From the NCBI GenBank assembly GCA_028534125.1, contig CM052817.1:91204001-91268000 (forward strand): a stretch of DNA of 64,000 nt, given 5' to 3'. How positions within the stretch are numbered: position 1 is the first letter of the stretch; each line of letters begins with the position of its first letter. Source of the DNA: Lama glama (Eukaryota). Made by a program: the position numbers and the translations under genes. This document shows, in pieces, positions 50,901 through 62,950 of this stretch. Under the pieces are notes generated by a model. The model was not told where the DNA came from. It saw only the letters and a program-made list of their open reading frames with translations, and ran no database searches.

Positions 50901-51588
50901 GCTCAGAGGATTCTGGAAGAGTGTTAAGATCTTTGAGCTTGGGGGCCTAAGACAATTCAGGAGACCCCTGAGCAAGAACATTTACCTCAACAAAAGCAAA
51001 CTTCAGGGAAAGGAAATGATTGGTTTGTGAAAGTGGGACAAAATTTGGCACTGACATAGTGATGGGAATGGATCCGTGTAGCTGTCTCCCTTTTAGAGTG
51101 GGTAGGTGATTGCACTTCAGTTCCTGTGCTGTTCCCTAAAAAAGAGGTGAAGAGTGTATATTCTGGCTCTTGGAAAGAGGAGGAAGGGGGAGGCTCACAG
51201 CATATATATTTAAGGAGTCACTCTAATCAGGATTTATAGGACCTTGATAACCACTTGGATGGTCCTCACACTTGAATACTTAGAAATTTGAAGGATGGTG
51301 TGCATGTGTATTTGACTGCATAGTAAACCCACTTGTATTTTTGAAAAGCAACTAAAATATTTTGGGTTTCTTGGAATATAAATCCTTAGAAGGGGGCATC
51401 AGCCTTCCCACAGGAAGATGTAAGACCACAAGCAAAAATCTTAGCTGCCCTCTTGTTTCTACTTGGTTACAAAACAGCACCTGAAACGTAGCAGTTACCC
51501 TGAGTTCAGTGTCAGATGTGGGGGAGTGCCCAGGGAAAGTGGGCTAAAGAAAATTATTCCTGTTAGATGTGAATGACCCTGTGAAATG

Positions 51589-51726
51589 CAGTCATCCTCC
51601 CAACCGACCCTGTCCGTGAAAACCATGGACTGACCCCTTAAGTACATCCTTATATATGAGGGACTTCTGGCATCTGTGGGGAGGGGTCCTGGAACCAATC
51701 CCCCTCAGATAACTGAGGGATGACTG
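51589..51726. mobile_element. Tigger/MER2-like MITE
   Basis: Inverted ends cagtcatcctc / gagggatgactg; internal ggggtcctggaaccaatcccc. Confidence 0.75.
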
Positions 51727-52489
51727 TTTCTCCCAACACTATTAAAAAGACTGGACCCCACTTGGATCTTCTGAATTTTAGCTTGTGCTAGTGGGCCCTG
51801 AGCAGCTGGTTCTGATTTGTAGCCCGGGCAGAGGAGAGGCGGCTTGTTTATACTAAGTGCTTGGAAGCCTCTCAGAATTTTCTTAGGTGTTAATTCTCCT
51901 GCCCCCTGAAGTTAGACTGCTATTGAATTATGAGAGATTGAAAGGAAAATTTATGATAGAGAGGAAAGTTTTTAAAAACCATCTTAATTTCCTGCTCAGA
52001 ATTGGAGTAGTATGAGTACAAAGTTACATGCGGCTAAAATCCCAGTACAGAAAAGCTGCAGTATGATGTCCCGCCGAGCCCTAGTCTTGTGCATAGTCTC
52101 CCTTCCCTTCCCCACCCTTTCCCCCAACTCTGAGCTTCCAGGACTGGGGCAGGTCCATTTGCCATCTGCAAACCAGCTTGGGACTCAGTACCTCACCCAG
52201 TACAGGAATAAGAAAATTACTTTGCAGATTCTCCCTTGGATATGATAGTTCTATTTCCATTATGCTTGGCTTCCATGGATAATAACCGTCACAGAGGGAC
52301 TTGCTCAGGAAGATGTTTTTTCAAATTTTATAGTTCAGATAGGTTGGCTGAGATGTATTCCAGAATTAATTTCTCAAATAGTTAATTCTGAGTTATGTTT
52401 GGAAAATTTTCGTGTTAGTGTTTTAAAATAAATTTTTCTTAATTGCAGAAGTAACACATGCCCATTAATAAGAATGTTTTTCCTCAGAA

Positions 52490-53530
52490 CTTAAATTTCT
52501 TTGTGAGTAGTTATTGTCTCTGCAGGGTTATAGGATTTTTCTTATCCTTGGTGTTCAAAAGTTCTGTCAGGATAAACGGTCTCATCGTCAGGTGAGCCTA
52601 GTCAAACACATACCATCCTTTAGCACAGGAAAGATTTCTGTTATTTCTTGGATTATTTTATCCACTGTGTCATCTCCCGTTGTCACGTTGTTTAAACTCC
52701 CGTCAGACTGTTGGCCGTGTGGATCTCTTCCATGGTTCGTTAAGTTTTCTGAATATTTCTATTTTGCGGTCGTTTACAGTTGCTGGGCTTTATCTAGTTC
52801 TCTGCTTCTTTTTTCATAGAAGCATAGTCTCATTTTGTGTCCATAATACCCTGCTATAGTTGCATGCGCGTCTCCCTCGGGCTGCTCCTCCGGGGAGAGC
52901 AGTTTCGCGCCTCTTGAAGTGGGCGGGCGAGGTGGGCGGGGCGCGGGGCGGGGGCAGCCGGGCTTCTTGCGGAGCGTCCAAGGGGGCAGGATGGACACCT
53001 TCCCCTTTGCCCGAGCGAGGCAGGCTTCCTTCTGTATCCAACGCTTAGTCCCCCACCCCCAACCCCTCTTTAAATATCCCTGAGTCCAGAGTTAGCTCCT
53101 GGTCTGCTGCTTTCCTTCCGGACCAACGCCTCTGGGAGCCCTTCCAAGGCTTGTCGCCCATTCCCTGAAGGATCCTCTGGTTCCATCCCGCAGGCAGAAG
53201 CCACCCATGCCAGCTTCCGTCTGTGTGGGAAGGGAGGTGGCGGAACTATTGCAGCTGTTTCAAAGGTCATTTTTGAAAGAAATACCCCACCAGTTGCCCC
53301 TCAGCCTTTCCTGCCCTTTGTCTTTGCGGACTCAGAGCTCCCTTGGGGAGAACCATATTTAATTTACCTTTAGTAGCTGGTACTCTTTTTTCCTCCACTC
53401 TGGCTTCTCGCTTAATTGAAACCTGTCTCTGTCTTGCTGGAACTTTTGACCCATTGATGGCATTCTTTTCGTATTTTACATACTGTTTTCATCTTTAAAA
53501 AAATTTGAATACGTGTACTTTATTCCTGGA
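52490..53530 (-). mobile_element. Very old HAL1/L1 5'-ORF1-region remnant (tentative)
   Basis: T-rich antisense motifs ttcttatccttggtgttc...tttagcacaggaaagatttctgttatttc. Confidence 0.4.
52855..53050. promoter_or_regulatory. Intronic CpG-rich patch with GC boxes
   Basis: GGGCGG at 52921, 52934 and 52946, TTTCGCGC at 52903, TGCATGCGC at 52861; local CpG cluster. Confidence 0.45.
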
Positions 53531-53829
53531 AGTTCTTAGGAAGAGTAATGTTCCGCTTCATCCCCGATGACCTGTGACCTGTTGTGATTGTATGCAACAT
53601 ATCAATTCCCATTTTAAAAATGAGCCATTGGACAAGAGATGTTTAAACCCCAGACAGTTTCACTTCAGATTTTTAAAGATGATTCTATTCCTGCATGTGC
53701 CTTAATTATTAAAGCAAGGCTACCGAAATTTATATATGAAAATTGTTTTTCCCTGTTTTAAATGACTGAATCGTTCATTGGTTATGTGAAGTATGTACAA
53801 ACTACAATTCATTTCAGTATAATCTAGTG

Positions 53830-54108
53830 CAGGAGTCTGCAAACTTTAAAGAGCCAGCTAGTAAATATTTTAGGCGTTATAGGCCAAATAACTGTTACCA
53901 TTACTCAGCTCTGCTGCTGTAGTTTGGAAGCAGCCATAGACAATACATAAACCTTATCGATGGACATTGAAAGTTGAATTTAATATTTTTTCACATGTCA
54001 TGAAATATGACTTTTTTTTCAACCATTTAAAAATGTGAAAGATCACAAGCAGCACAAATACAGGGCACTGGCCAGATTGGCTCACGGGCTATAGTCTGCG
54101 GACCCCCA
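53830..54108. mobile_element. MER58-like hAT element
   Basis: caggagtctgcaaact...tagtctgcggacccc ends; 8-bp near-TSD atctagtg / atctagag. Confidence 0.85.
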
Positions 54109-56929
54109 ATCTAGAGGGAAGAACTCTGTACTATCAGCACAATATTCCTCAGCTCCCATATTTCTATTTATAGCTGTAAACCTGGCCACTTCTTGAGTAC
54201 CCCAGAAATGTTTGTGATGGGCATCAGATAGAAACACAGACCTGATAATGTCTTTGTGGAGAGCACTTGTCCCACCAGATTCTTTTAGTTTCTGCCTTTT
54301 CAATCCATCCAGGGCATTATGCTAGGAAAGCCCAGCTTGTGGAGATGCTTGGCCAGCCAAGTAACAATTGAACACCAATTTAATGTGTTAACCTGAGCTT
54401 TCATGGGGAGAGATTTCCTTTTCCTTAGCCGTATCTTCTAGAAGAATCTGGTATGACTAAAGGTACAGCTCAGCCTTATCCAGAAAACACTTTGGCATTC
54501 TTGTCTGTGACTGCTGCCTAGCAAAGTAAGGTCGTTGGGATTGTCACACTGTCTCGAAGCTTGTATTTTTAGGTTAAGAGTCGTGACCTTCACTTGATAT
54601 CTCTAGTAATGCCATGTGGGTCGTTACACCACTTTGTACACTTTGTGCTGTGCCAATGTGTGTGCTGTAATGGCAGTGACTGATGGTAGTGACCTGGCAG
54701 ATGCAGGAGGTGGAATTCGACCTCTGTTTATTCCTGTGTGTGCCCCTGGCTCGGCTCCATCCAGTTGTCCTGCCTTCGGATCAGTAGTCAGAGATGCTGA
54801 TGAGCAGCGGTCCAAGGTGCAGGCAGCCTTCTCCAGGGCCAGACCTTTGTCAGTTGTGCAATCCTACCAGAACTGTGTCATCGTTTAACCTGTGTATCCA
54901 TGTCTCTAAAATGGCAAATAACTATTTCACTGGAGTATTGGAAAGAGCAATGAAGATAGATGGAAGGAGTATGACACATGCTGGGCTCTTAAATGTTAAT
55001 AGCTTCTTTTTAAACCCAGAAAGCAGCTTCATCAAACTTAACAAAATAGGTAACATTTAGCTACCACTTAAGGATGTGCTAAGTATATATAGTTTAACGA
55101 AGTAGGTCACAGTGATCCCCAGTTGAAGAAACTGAGTCACAGAGAGGGAAGTAATTTGTTCAGGATCTGATTCGTAAGAGGAGCTGGGATTTGAAACCCA
55201 CTCAGAAGCCTAACTTAAACACAATGCCTGTGTTTAAGACCATTTTGCCTCTAGAGCTGTAGACTGGACTCAGAGAAAAGTCAGCTTTAGCCATAAGGCT
55301 TTCACAAGCTAACATACCCAGCTGCCAAGTACTCCAGGCCTGCCAGTCATTAGTCAGTCATTAGTATGAAATTTGAAGACTGGTCACTGACTAAGATATT
55401 TGACCTTCACCAGAAAATAGTATATTTTCCTAAATTGGCACTTAGAATCCAGTCTCTTAGAACCAGGGATTAGTTAGTGCACTACAAGTCCATACTCCTA
55501 CACAAAATTTGAAGGTGGTCCCATTCATTTACCAGGTGGACCTGAGGGGGCATGTCGCACTGTTTGGTTTTCTAGCTGATGGGTACAGAACACAAAGAGA
55601 GGGCCCTGACTATAGAGTTCCAGAAAGATGGTTACATTTAATAGTGACTCAGGACAAGTCATTTGTGAGCCTCGGTGTCTTCATTTGTAAAATAGCCAAG
55701 GAGCTCTTGAGGGTCTCAGCAAGTGCTCTGCCAGTGTTTGACAGCATCCTTGACACTCTGTCGTTTGCCATCCTTTGATCAACATTGTTGAAGCACGGGG
55801 CTGGGTATCTGGGGAAGTGGTAGACAAGGTAGATATAGGCCCTGCCCTCTGGAGCTTAGTCTAATGAGTAAAGGACAGGGCTTGTAGTTCAAATATAAAG
55901 AGTGATTTAAGTAAGAGAATCAGGCCAGGGGTAAGAAAAGGGGAGCCACTGGGGCCTGCTCCATGTAGCTGTGAAGTGTAGGGGCTGTGAGTATTGATTT
56001 CTTCAGTAAATATTAAATATACCACATATCCACATTCAAGCTGTTTCAGGTCGATTGTCCACATCTAAGCTGTTTTAGGTCAATGGTTATCCTGTAAGTA
56101 TTTTCACTCACTTGTCTTAGTGATCACACTTATAACTCAAGAACCTACTCTTAAGTCTGAATATTCGTCGCCAAGTGAGCTAAGCTTTCTGAGGTGGTTC
56201 AACACACGGCCAGTAGGTGGCAGCATAGGATTGCTGTTTCAGTGATGCCTTCCTGTGACGTCTGTCCTTAACGGTTTTGTGTGCTTTAGTCTTGGAGGTT
56301 TCCTTGGGCTTAAGGGTGGTCAGCTCCAGCAGCTTCTCAGGTGTGTACCCAGATAATCCTGGCATTTGCTTAGCTTTTGCTTTTAATCAGCATTTTTGCC
56401 AAGCCTTTGCTTCAAAGGACTAAGCTTAGACTAATTGTGAGAAATTATTAACAGGCCAAATGGTTTGGGCAAACTCTAAAATTGCTGGGTAACTAGAGAA
56501 ACATTGTGTGGAGAGAGGTCTTTCTGCTGTGATCAGCGTGCTGTTAGGACTGCTTGGAATGGTCAGCCCCGTCAGTCTGGGTCTCCAATATTAGGATTCT
56601 CCCCCAGCATTCTGATTATTGAATGAAGGTGTTTCATTAAACTATCCCTGATCATTGCCCTCTGATGGTTGGCACTCTTAGGAACTTATATTGTAGTTTG
56701 CCTGTTGCTTTAGAACAGCAATTTATGTAGTATTTGGTAGAATAAAGAATAAACATTCTGTATTTTAGTGATTAGCCCAGTTTTGCTTAATTTATTAGGA
56801 AAATAAAGGGATGACAAAAAGGGGGATTTTACAAATCACTACTGTATTTCTGGAATCTAAATAACCTGAATTCTCTGGTAAAGGCTAATATAAGGATAAG
56901 AATTATTTATTCCTATAAAGCAGTGAGGT

Positions 56930-56959
56930 ATTCATCATCATCATCATCATCATCATCAT
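56930..56959 (+). repeat. (TCA)n microsatellite
   Basis: Read directly. Confidence 0.95.
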
Positions 56960-57297
56960 GGAATGCAGGCACCCAATTTTGTGTGTATTTGGAAATACAG
57001 AACTGGGAAATGAAATGGCAAGCAATGGGAGCGGTGCAGCTACATGAGAATTTCAGCTGCTCTCATTGGCCTTTTGCCTGTGTAGATTATATCATGTGTA
57101 TGTGTTACATTGAGAATGACGCCTGATACTGCGATCTAGTAAACTGTCTGGGGAAAATTAATTTGAGGCAAAAACCGAACTTAATTAGGAGTCAAATAAA
57201 AAATAGCCCATCTCCAAACACATTAAATTGGACCTAGAAGCCAGTATGAGTGCCAGTTAAGTTCAGCAGAGGTTTTGTCAAGAAATAATACATTCCA

Positions 57298-57362
57298 CAT
57301 ACACCAGAAATTGACACAACGTTGTAAACTGATTGTAACTCAATAAAATTAAAAATAATAAT
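57298..57362 (+). mobile_element. Extremely truncated L1 3' end with TSD
   Basis: tacaccagaaattgacacaacgttgtaaactg; TSD aataatacattcca / aataatacgttcca. Confidence 0.85.
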
Positions 57363-58389
57363 AATAATACGTTCCAGTATCTTAAGCTACCATCTGGGTG
57401 AATTGTTTGTGCTGCCTCCCTTCAGGAAAGTGGCTTTCCATGTTACTATTCTGAACTTTAGACAATCGTTTTAAAGCCCTAAATGGCAGCACCTATTAAA
57501 GCATAAAACTTCAGTAGAAAGCAATCTTGGAATCAAACATGTGTCTGATTTATGTGTGAAAAGGATTTTTTTTAATGGTTGATACTCAAAAGTGATTATT
57601 TTTTAAAACAGGTGAGAGACAATGGGAATTGTTACTAGGTTGTAACAATTGTTACTCAGTTATAATTGCCCACCCCTTTTATAGAGGCATAATCAGAGTG
57701 GTTGCCTCCTAGGACTGTGGTGAGAATTACTTGAAAATACCACAGTCGAAGCAAGCAGAATTTGTGAGTGGTGCATAGTAAGCATTCAGCAGTCACTAGT
57801 TGTCACTGGAATCATTCTTAGGATGGGAGAGGGATAGGAGGGTGCCCAGTCTTCAGCCTTCCTTTGTCCTCAAATCTAAATAAATTGCCTTACTACCTTA
57901 GGTGGATCTGAGCCTTGGTGTACAGGACTATAAGTGAAAAAACAGCATGTGGAGTCTTCATAGTGTCCGCTTTTAGTTCCTAATTCCCTAGCCGGTGTTT
58001 TGTACTTTGAAATGATGTCTGTATGTTACCAGAAAGTTTCGTGTTGAGAAGTAACTGAGTAAGTTCATTTGTTCCTTGGGCTAGAAGCAGAAAAGAACTG
58101 AAGTCAGGAAGAATTGGGACTTCCCCAAATCCCTTCTGATTTGATTCAGTAACCTGACTTCCTGAGAAGACTTTTTTGAGGTATAGAGTCTAGGTTGGAT
58201 ACTAGGAATGATGGGATAAAGGTGACGGGAAATGATCCATGATTGGAGGTAGTACTGGTCTGTGGAGACAGCTTGCAGCAGTGACGTCCCACATTTGGTG
58301 GTCAGAGGCTGTCAGTTTGAAACAAATTTGGTTATGTGCTCTGTGTCTGTATGAATTATAGACATGCCTACTTTATTATTTCATTGTGT

Positions 58390-58527
58390 CTTAATTTTAC
58401 TTTTTTAGGGGGTTAATTAGGTTTATTTTTTATTTTTATTTTTTTTGAGGTACTGGGGATTGAACCCAGGACCTTTTGTATGCTAAGCATGCACTCCACC
58501 ACTTGAGCTATACCTTCCCTTCCCCCC
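58390..58527 (-). mobile_element. tRNA-SINE (Vic-1-like)
   Basis: gaggtactggggattgaacccaggacc...gagctatacc. Confidence 0.88.
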
Positions 58528-58669
58528 TCATTTCATCTTTTTCAGATGGAAAAGTTCTCATTTTCTTCCCAGGGGATTGCTCTGTTTATGTCCCCGAACA
58601 GGATGTCCACACTTTGATGACGGTTAATCCAGCATAGACATTTTCTGGACATTAGTGAAAACTGTTGAG

Positions 58670-59815
58670 TGCCCCACAGTTTGTTTATATTGGTTAATAT
58701 ATAACGTAATATTTGATATGTATATCATGTAAAAAGTAAACGAGAATTTTAAAATGTTTATCAAATCATTTAATTTAGTAATAAAGTCAGGGTTAACATA
58801 AGTAACATTTTTGTGGAAAAAATAGCTTTTCCAAAACAAAGAGAAATTAGTGAAAAGAGTGACATTGTTTGACATTTTTGGAAATCTCTTTAAAAGTCTG
58901 GCTTAATAAGAGACATCTGTATTCTCATAATCTCCCTTCAATCTGTTGTGATATGTTGTTTTTGTTAAAATAAATGAAGACAGTCCAGTCTCTCACAGAA
59001 ACGTAGTTGGAAAAAAGTTTTAACAGCCTTTTTAGAAAATCATTCTTTGTTTTCTGTATTTATTTGCAGTGTGGAATCTGATACCAGATGAATGAACTGT
59101 TTGTATTCTGTTACCCTGTAATCCACTGATTTGCCTGGCACTTTGAATGGGTCTTTTACCCATGTGTGATTTTGTGTTAGTGGTATGGGAAATGTTGGTT
59201 AACTGGGTTACACAGTATAAAAATAACCTTAAGTAAGATCACCACCCATCTTGTCCAGCTCCTGATGGCAGACATGTTTTCCGAAATTTTCACTGGGAGA
59301 TTTTTATCGTTGACCCAAATGCTGTCCATTGTTTTCCTTAAAGTGACAGGCTCACATCATACACTTTAGTTTCTGCCTGACATCCAGGTCTGGTTAACTG
59401 TAGTTTGTCAGTTCGTGGAGGTAAAGATGGTGTTCTGTGAAGACCAGGGCAAACTCATTTTGCAGCAAAAGTGTTTGTGTGGGCTTTTCATTTTGTCACA
59501 TACTAAAAACGTCACCAAGACTCTATATTTAACAAAAGTACTTATTACTGCCTAATTAAGGACATTTTAAAGTAAAAGTGGCATTAGCAAAAAGAAAAAC
59601 CCATGTGAGGTGGTGGAGAGCACAGCGGCTACTGGTGGAGCCCGGAGCTGCTGCTGGATTTGTGCGGGCACAGCAGTCTCACCACGGCTGCAGGCAAAGC
59701 AAAGACCAGCACAGTGAAAATGGCAAATGGTGTCTTGTGCTGTGGGAAGAGTTTGGTCATGCCCTCCTGCAGAAGGGTCTCAGACACCACCAGGGGTCTG
59801 TGAGCTACCCTCGGG
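58670..59815. mobile_element. Charlie1-like hAT DNA transposon remnant
   Basis: ttagtgaaaagagtgacattgtt...ctggcttaataagagac...ttcaatctgttgtgatatgttg and terminal gggtctcagacaccaccaggggtctgtg. Confidence 0.75.
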
Positions 59816-61099
59816 CTTCATCTTCTCTTCATTCTGTCACTCATCCTTTGGCCAGACTGCAGCCTTGCCAAGCATGTTCCTTTCTCAGGGCCTTTTTTTA
59901 AACTCTGGCATTTGCTGTTCCCCCTGCTCAGAGTGTTCTTGGATTTCTTCTATAAGACTGGTGTCCTTACCACATTCAGGTCTCTCTCAAATTCCATCTT
60001 TCAGTGAGACTTCCTTGAGCATCTTGTATAATAGATGAGCATCTCCAGTGGGCCAGGGCGGTGGCGAGTGTGTGTCTGTGTGAGAGTGAGGCGGGGGTTA
60101 TGGTGGCCACCTATGACCAAGTGAGTGGTGTCCTCAGGAACTAGGGCTGATTCTCTTAGTCCTGTTTTTTAAGTCTTTTTCTGATTATTCTTACCCGTCC
60201 TGACTGTTTTAGCCCTTACTATACCCTAGCCCATTCCACACAGTATCCACTCACTTTTGTTATTCACATGTATTAATCTCTGCCAAAAACTTGTTACCTT
60301 CTTGAAAAGGTCAGCTCGTTTTATAGATATGAAGTGCCCTTCCCCAAACTCAGAGAATAGGGAAATAAGATGTAAAATTAACATACTGAGGACTGTGAGG
60401 TTGGATTAGATTGCAGATACTAGTTTCACCAGAGACGACCGGCCAGGAGAGTGAACTGCGGAGGTGGACAGAGTGCGGCGTGCACAGTGGGAGCGGAGTC
60501 CACTGTCTGGGAGGCGGACCAGCGGGAACATCTTTCAGGACCATTGTGTCTCCCTGTCTTGATTCCATGCTTACCGCGCAACAGGGTGATTTGTCACCTG
60601 ATGACCAGATACTTTGATATCAGAAGGCACGTCCCAGGCCGCTTTGTCACTAAGTAATCTGGTATTCAGGCTTGCATTGGTCCATCTTAGGGACTATCTT
60701 TGGGTTTCCTACAAGATTGGAGGAGCAGAGACAGGTAAATACTCCCAAACCATTCCTCTCTACCCAGTCTCAGTCAAAATTTAACCTAGTTACCCCTCTC
60801 TGGGGTAAATAAATCTGTGGTGAAACAAGAGCGAAAGTTCTATGCTAGTAAAACTTTTAAAGACAGTCCTCAGGAGTACTCCACACGGAGTACTGTTATC
60901 ACAGCCGACAGATTGTCCATTTGAGGTCTCAAATTTGAGGAATAAAAGTCATTCTGAGTAACATTCACGTTTTCTTGATAGACGTATGTTCCTCCAGTGC
61001 AAGTAGTAGAGATTATTTTGAAGTTGCTACCAGTTTTAACCTAGGTGCATTTTCCAAATAATCTTAAAGAAATTATGGTCACTTAACAAGCCCTCATTG

Positions 61100-61377
61100 T
61101 ATTTTTTTGGTTTTTTTTTTTTCTTAATTTTGTTTTTTGCGGGTGGAGGTAATTAGATTTATTTTGGTTTTTCAATGGAGGAACTGGGGATTGAACCTAC
61201 TGTACCACTTCAGCTATACCTTCTCCCCTATTTTTTTTTATTTTTTAAATTGAAGTATAATTGATTTACCATGTTAGTTTCTGGTGTAAGCATAGTGTCT
61301 CAGTTATATATATATATGTACACATACACAGTTTTCCATTATGGTTTATTATAGGATGTTGAATATAGTTCCCAGGG
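61100..61377 (-). mobile_element. L1 3' end (61230-61377) with a SINE (61100-61229) in its tail; shared outer TSD
   Basis: aacaagccctcatt (61085) / aacaagccctcgtt (61378). Confidence 0.8.
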
Positions 61378-62664
61378 AACAAGCCCTCGTTTTAGAGGCT
61401 CTGTAAGCAGGTCTAGAGAATGTGAAAGAGCACAATAGTGGTAGAGCTGGGGCTGGAATTATAAAGGACCTAGTACTGTAGCCCATGCTGCAGTATGTCC
61501 TTCATCTTTTTGCTGCAAAATCTTTTCTTTTGATGGTAGATTTAACTTTTGAAAACCATCAAAAGTCGTTCGGTCACAAATAAGATGGATGACAAGATTT
61601 AATAATTCACTATGGGTCTAAAATGAGCTAGCTTTAACAGGAATGTTTTCCTCGAGTGTTGTTGCTAATAGCTTATAAATGTATTTCCAAAACCAAACCA
61701 AAAAAGGACCACAAGGAATGATGGGATCAGAATATCCAGTTTGCTTCATCTCACATCTGCACAACAGTCTCAGAATAACGATTCTAATACTACATTACTA
61801 ACTATGATCACAGTTAAATATGCTTTCCTCTTTGGTCCCTGCTCCCCCACCAACATATGCTCTTTGTTTGTTTGGTCCTACTAAATCTTTGTTCACTATT
61901 CCATCACATAGCCCTTATTGTACTCTCTCTTTTAACCTCATTTAGATTTGATTTTCTAAGCAGCTATATATTTAATATAGTACCACCTTGTTCTTATCAG
62001 TATTTCTGGTCATTTGGTCTAAGGCTTGTTGTCTAGTTCCAAGAGTGGCAAGATTTTTCTGAAAAGGGCAGGATAGCAAACATTTAGGCTTTGAAGGCTA
62101 AAAATGATCCTGTCACACAGTGTGTGTATATGTGAGTGGGTGTGTGTGTAAAACCATTCTTAGCTTGAGAACTGTACAGAAATACATCTGGCTGCAGTCT
62201 GCCATCCATAGTCTAGTAGTTTCTGCACTAAGGGCTCATGGAGTCAATATTTAGTTTTGCTGGATATAAAATCCTAGACTCACATGTAGATAATCCATAT
62301 ATACACACATCATACACTTTAGTCATGTATATAGTTTGTCAGTTCAGATATGTAACTTCATTTTCTTCTGGTATGAAACACTGCAGTTGAAGTCTGGTGA
62401 TAGATACTCGAAGTTACCTGCTGTTTTTGCTGAGATGCCAAAGGGATTTCTTTCTTTTTCTTTACAGTCCAGTTGGTGTTGGTCATTCTTGGTTGATATT
62501 CTCAGGTATGTGATGTGTTTTTTCAATAAATAGTTTCAAGTATTAAAAAAAATTTCTTTTTAGAATAATAAAGATAAGGCAGACCTTTATGTATTGATGG
62601 TTTGAGTATGTCCATGATGCATGTTTTTTTGCCTCATAATTAATTTTTCCTTTTAAACAGTTCA

Positions 62665-62950
62665 TTTTAATTTTTTCCAGCTTTATTGAGGTGTATTTAA
62701 CAAATAATATTTGTATGTATTTAAGACACACCACATAATATGTTATTCGGATACCTTGTGAAATGATTATCTCAATCAAGCTGATTAACATCTGTCACTC
62801 ACATAGTTGTGTATGTTTCAGAGGTGGGCAAGATCACTTAAGATCTGCTTTTAGATTTTAAGAATACAGCACCATGTTACTAATTGTAGTCACCATGCTG
62901 TATGTTAACGCTCCAGAACTTCATCCTGCATGAATGAAACTTTGTATTCT
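62665..62950 (-). mobile_element. L1 3' end within an older HAL1/L1-like remnant (~62450-63330)
   Basis: ccagctttattgaggtgtatttaacaaata...gtcaccatgctgta. Confidence 0.8.

Noticed and set aside
56255..58290. CRE-like GTGACGTC at ~56255 and ~58281, and distal CACGTG at ~12283 and ~25580
   Set aside because: Isolated short motifs with no clustering or conservation evidence available.
60875..60894. Perfect hairpin agtactcc-acac-ggagtact
   Set aside because: An 8-bp stem is expected by chance in 64 kb and has no supporting context.
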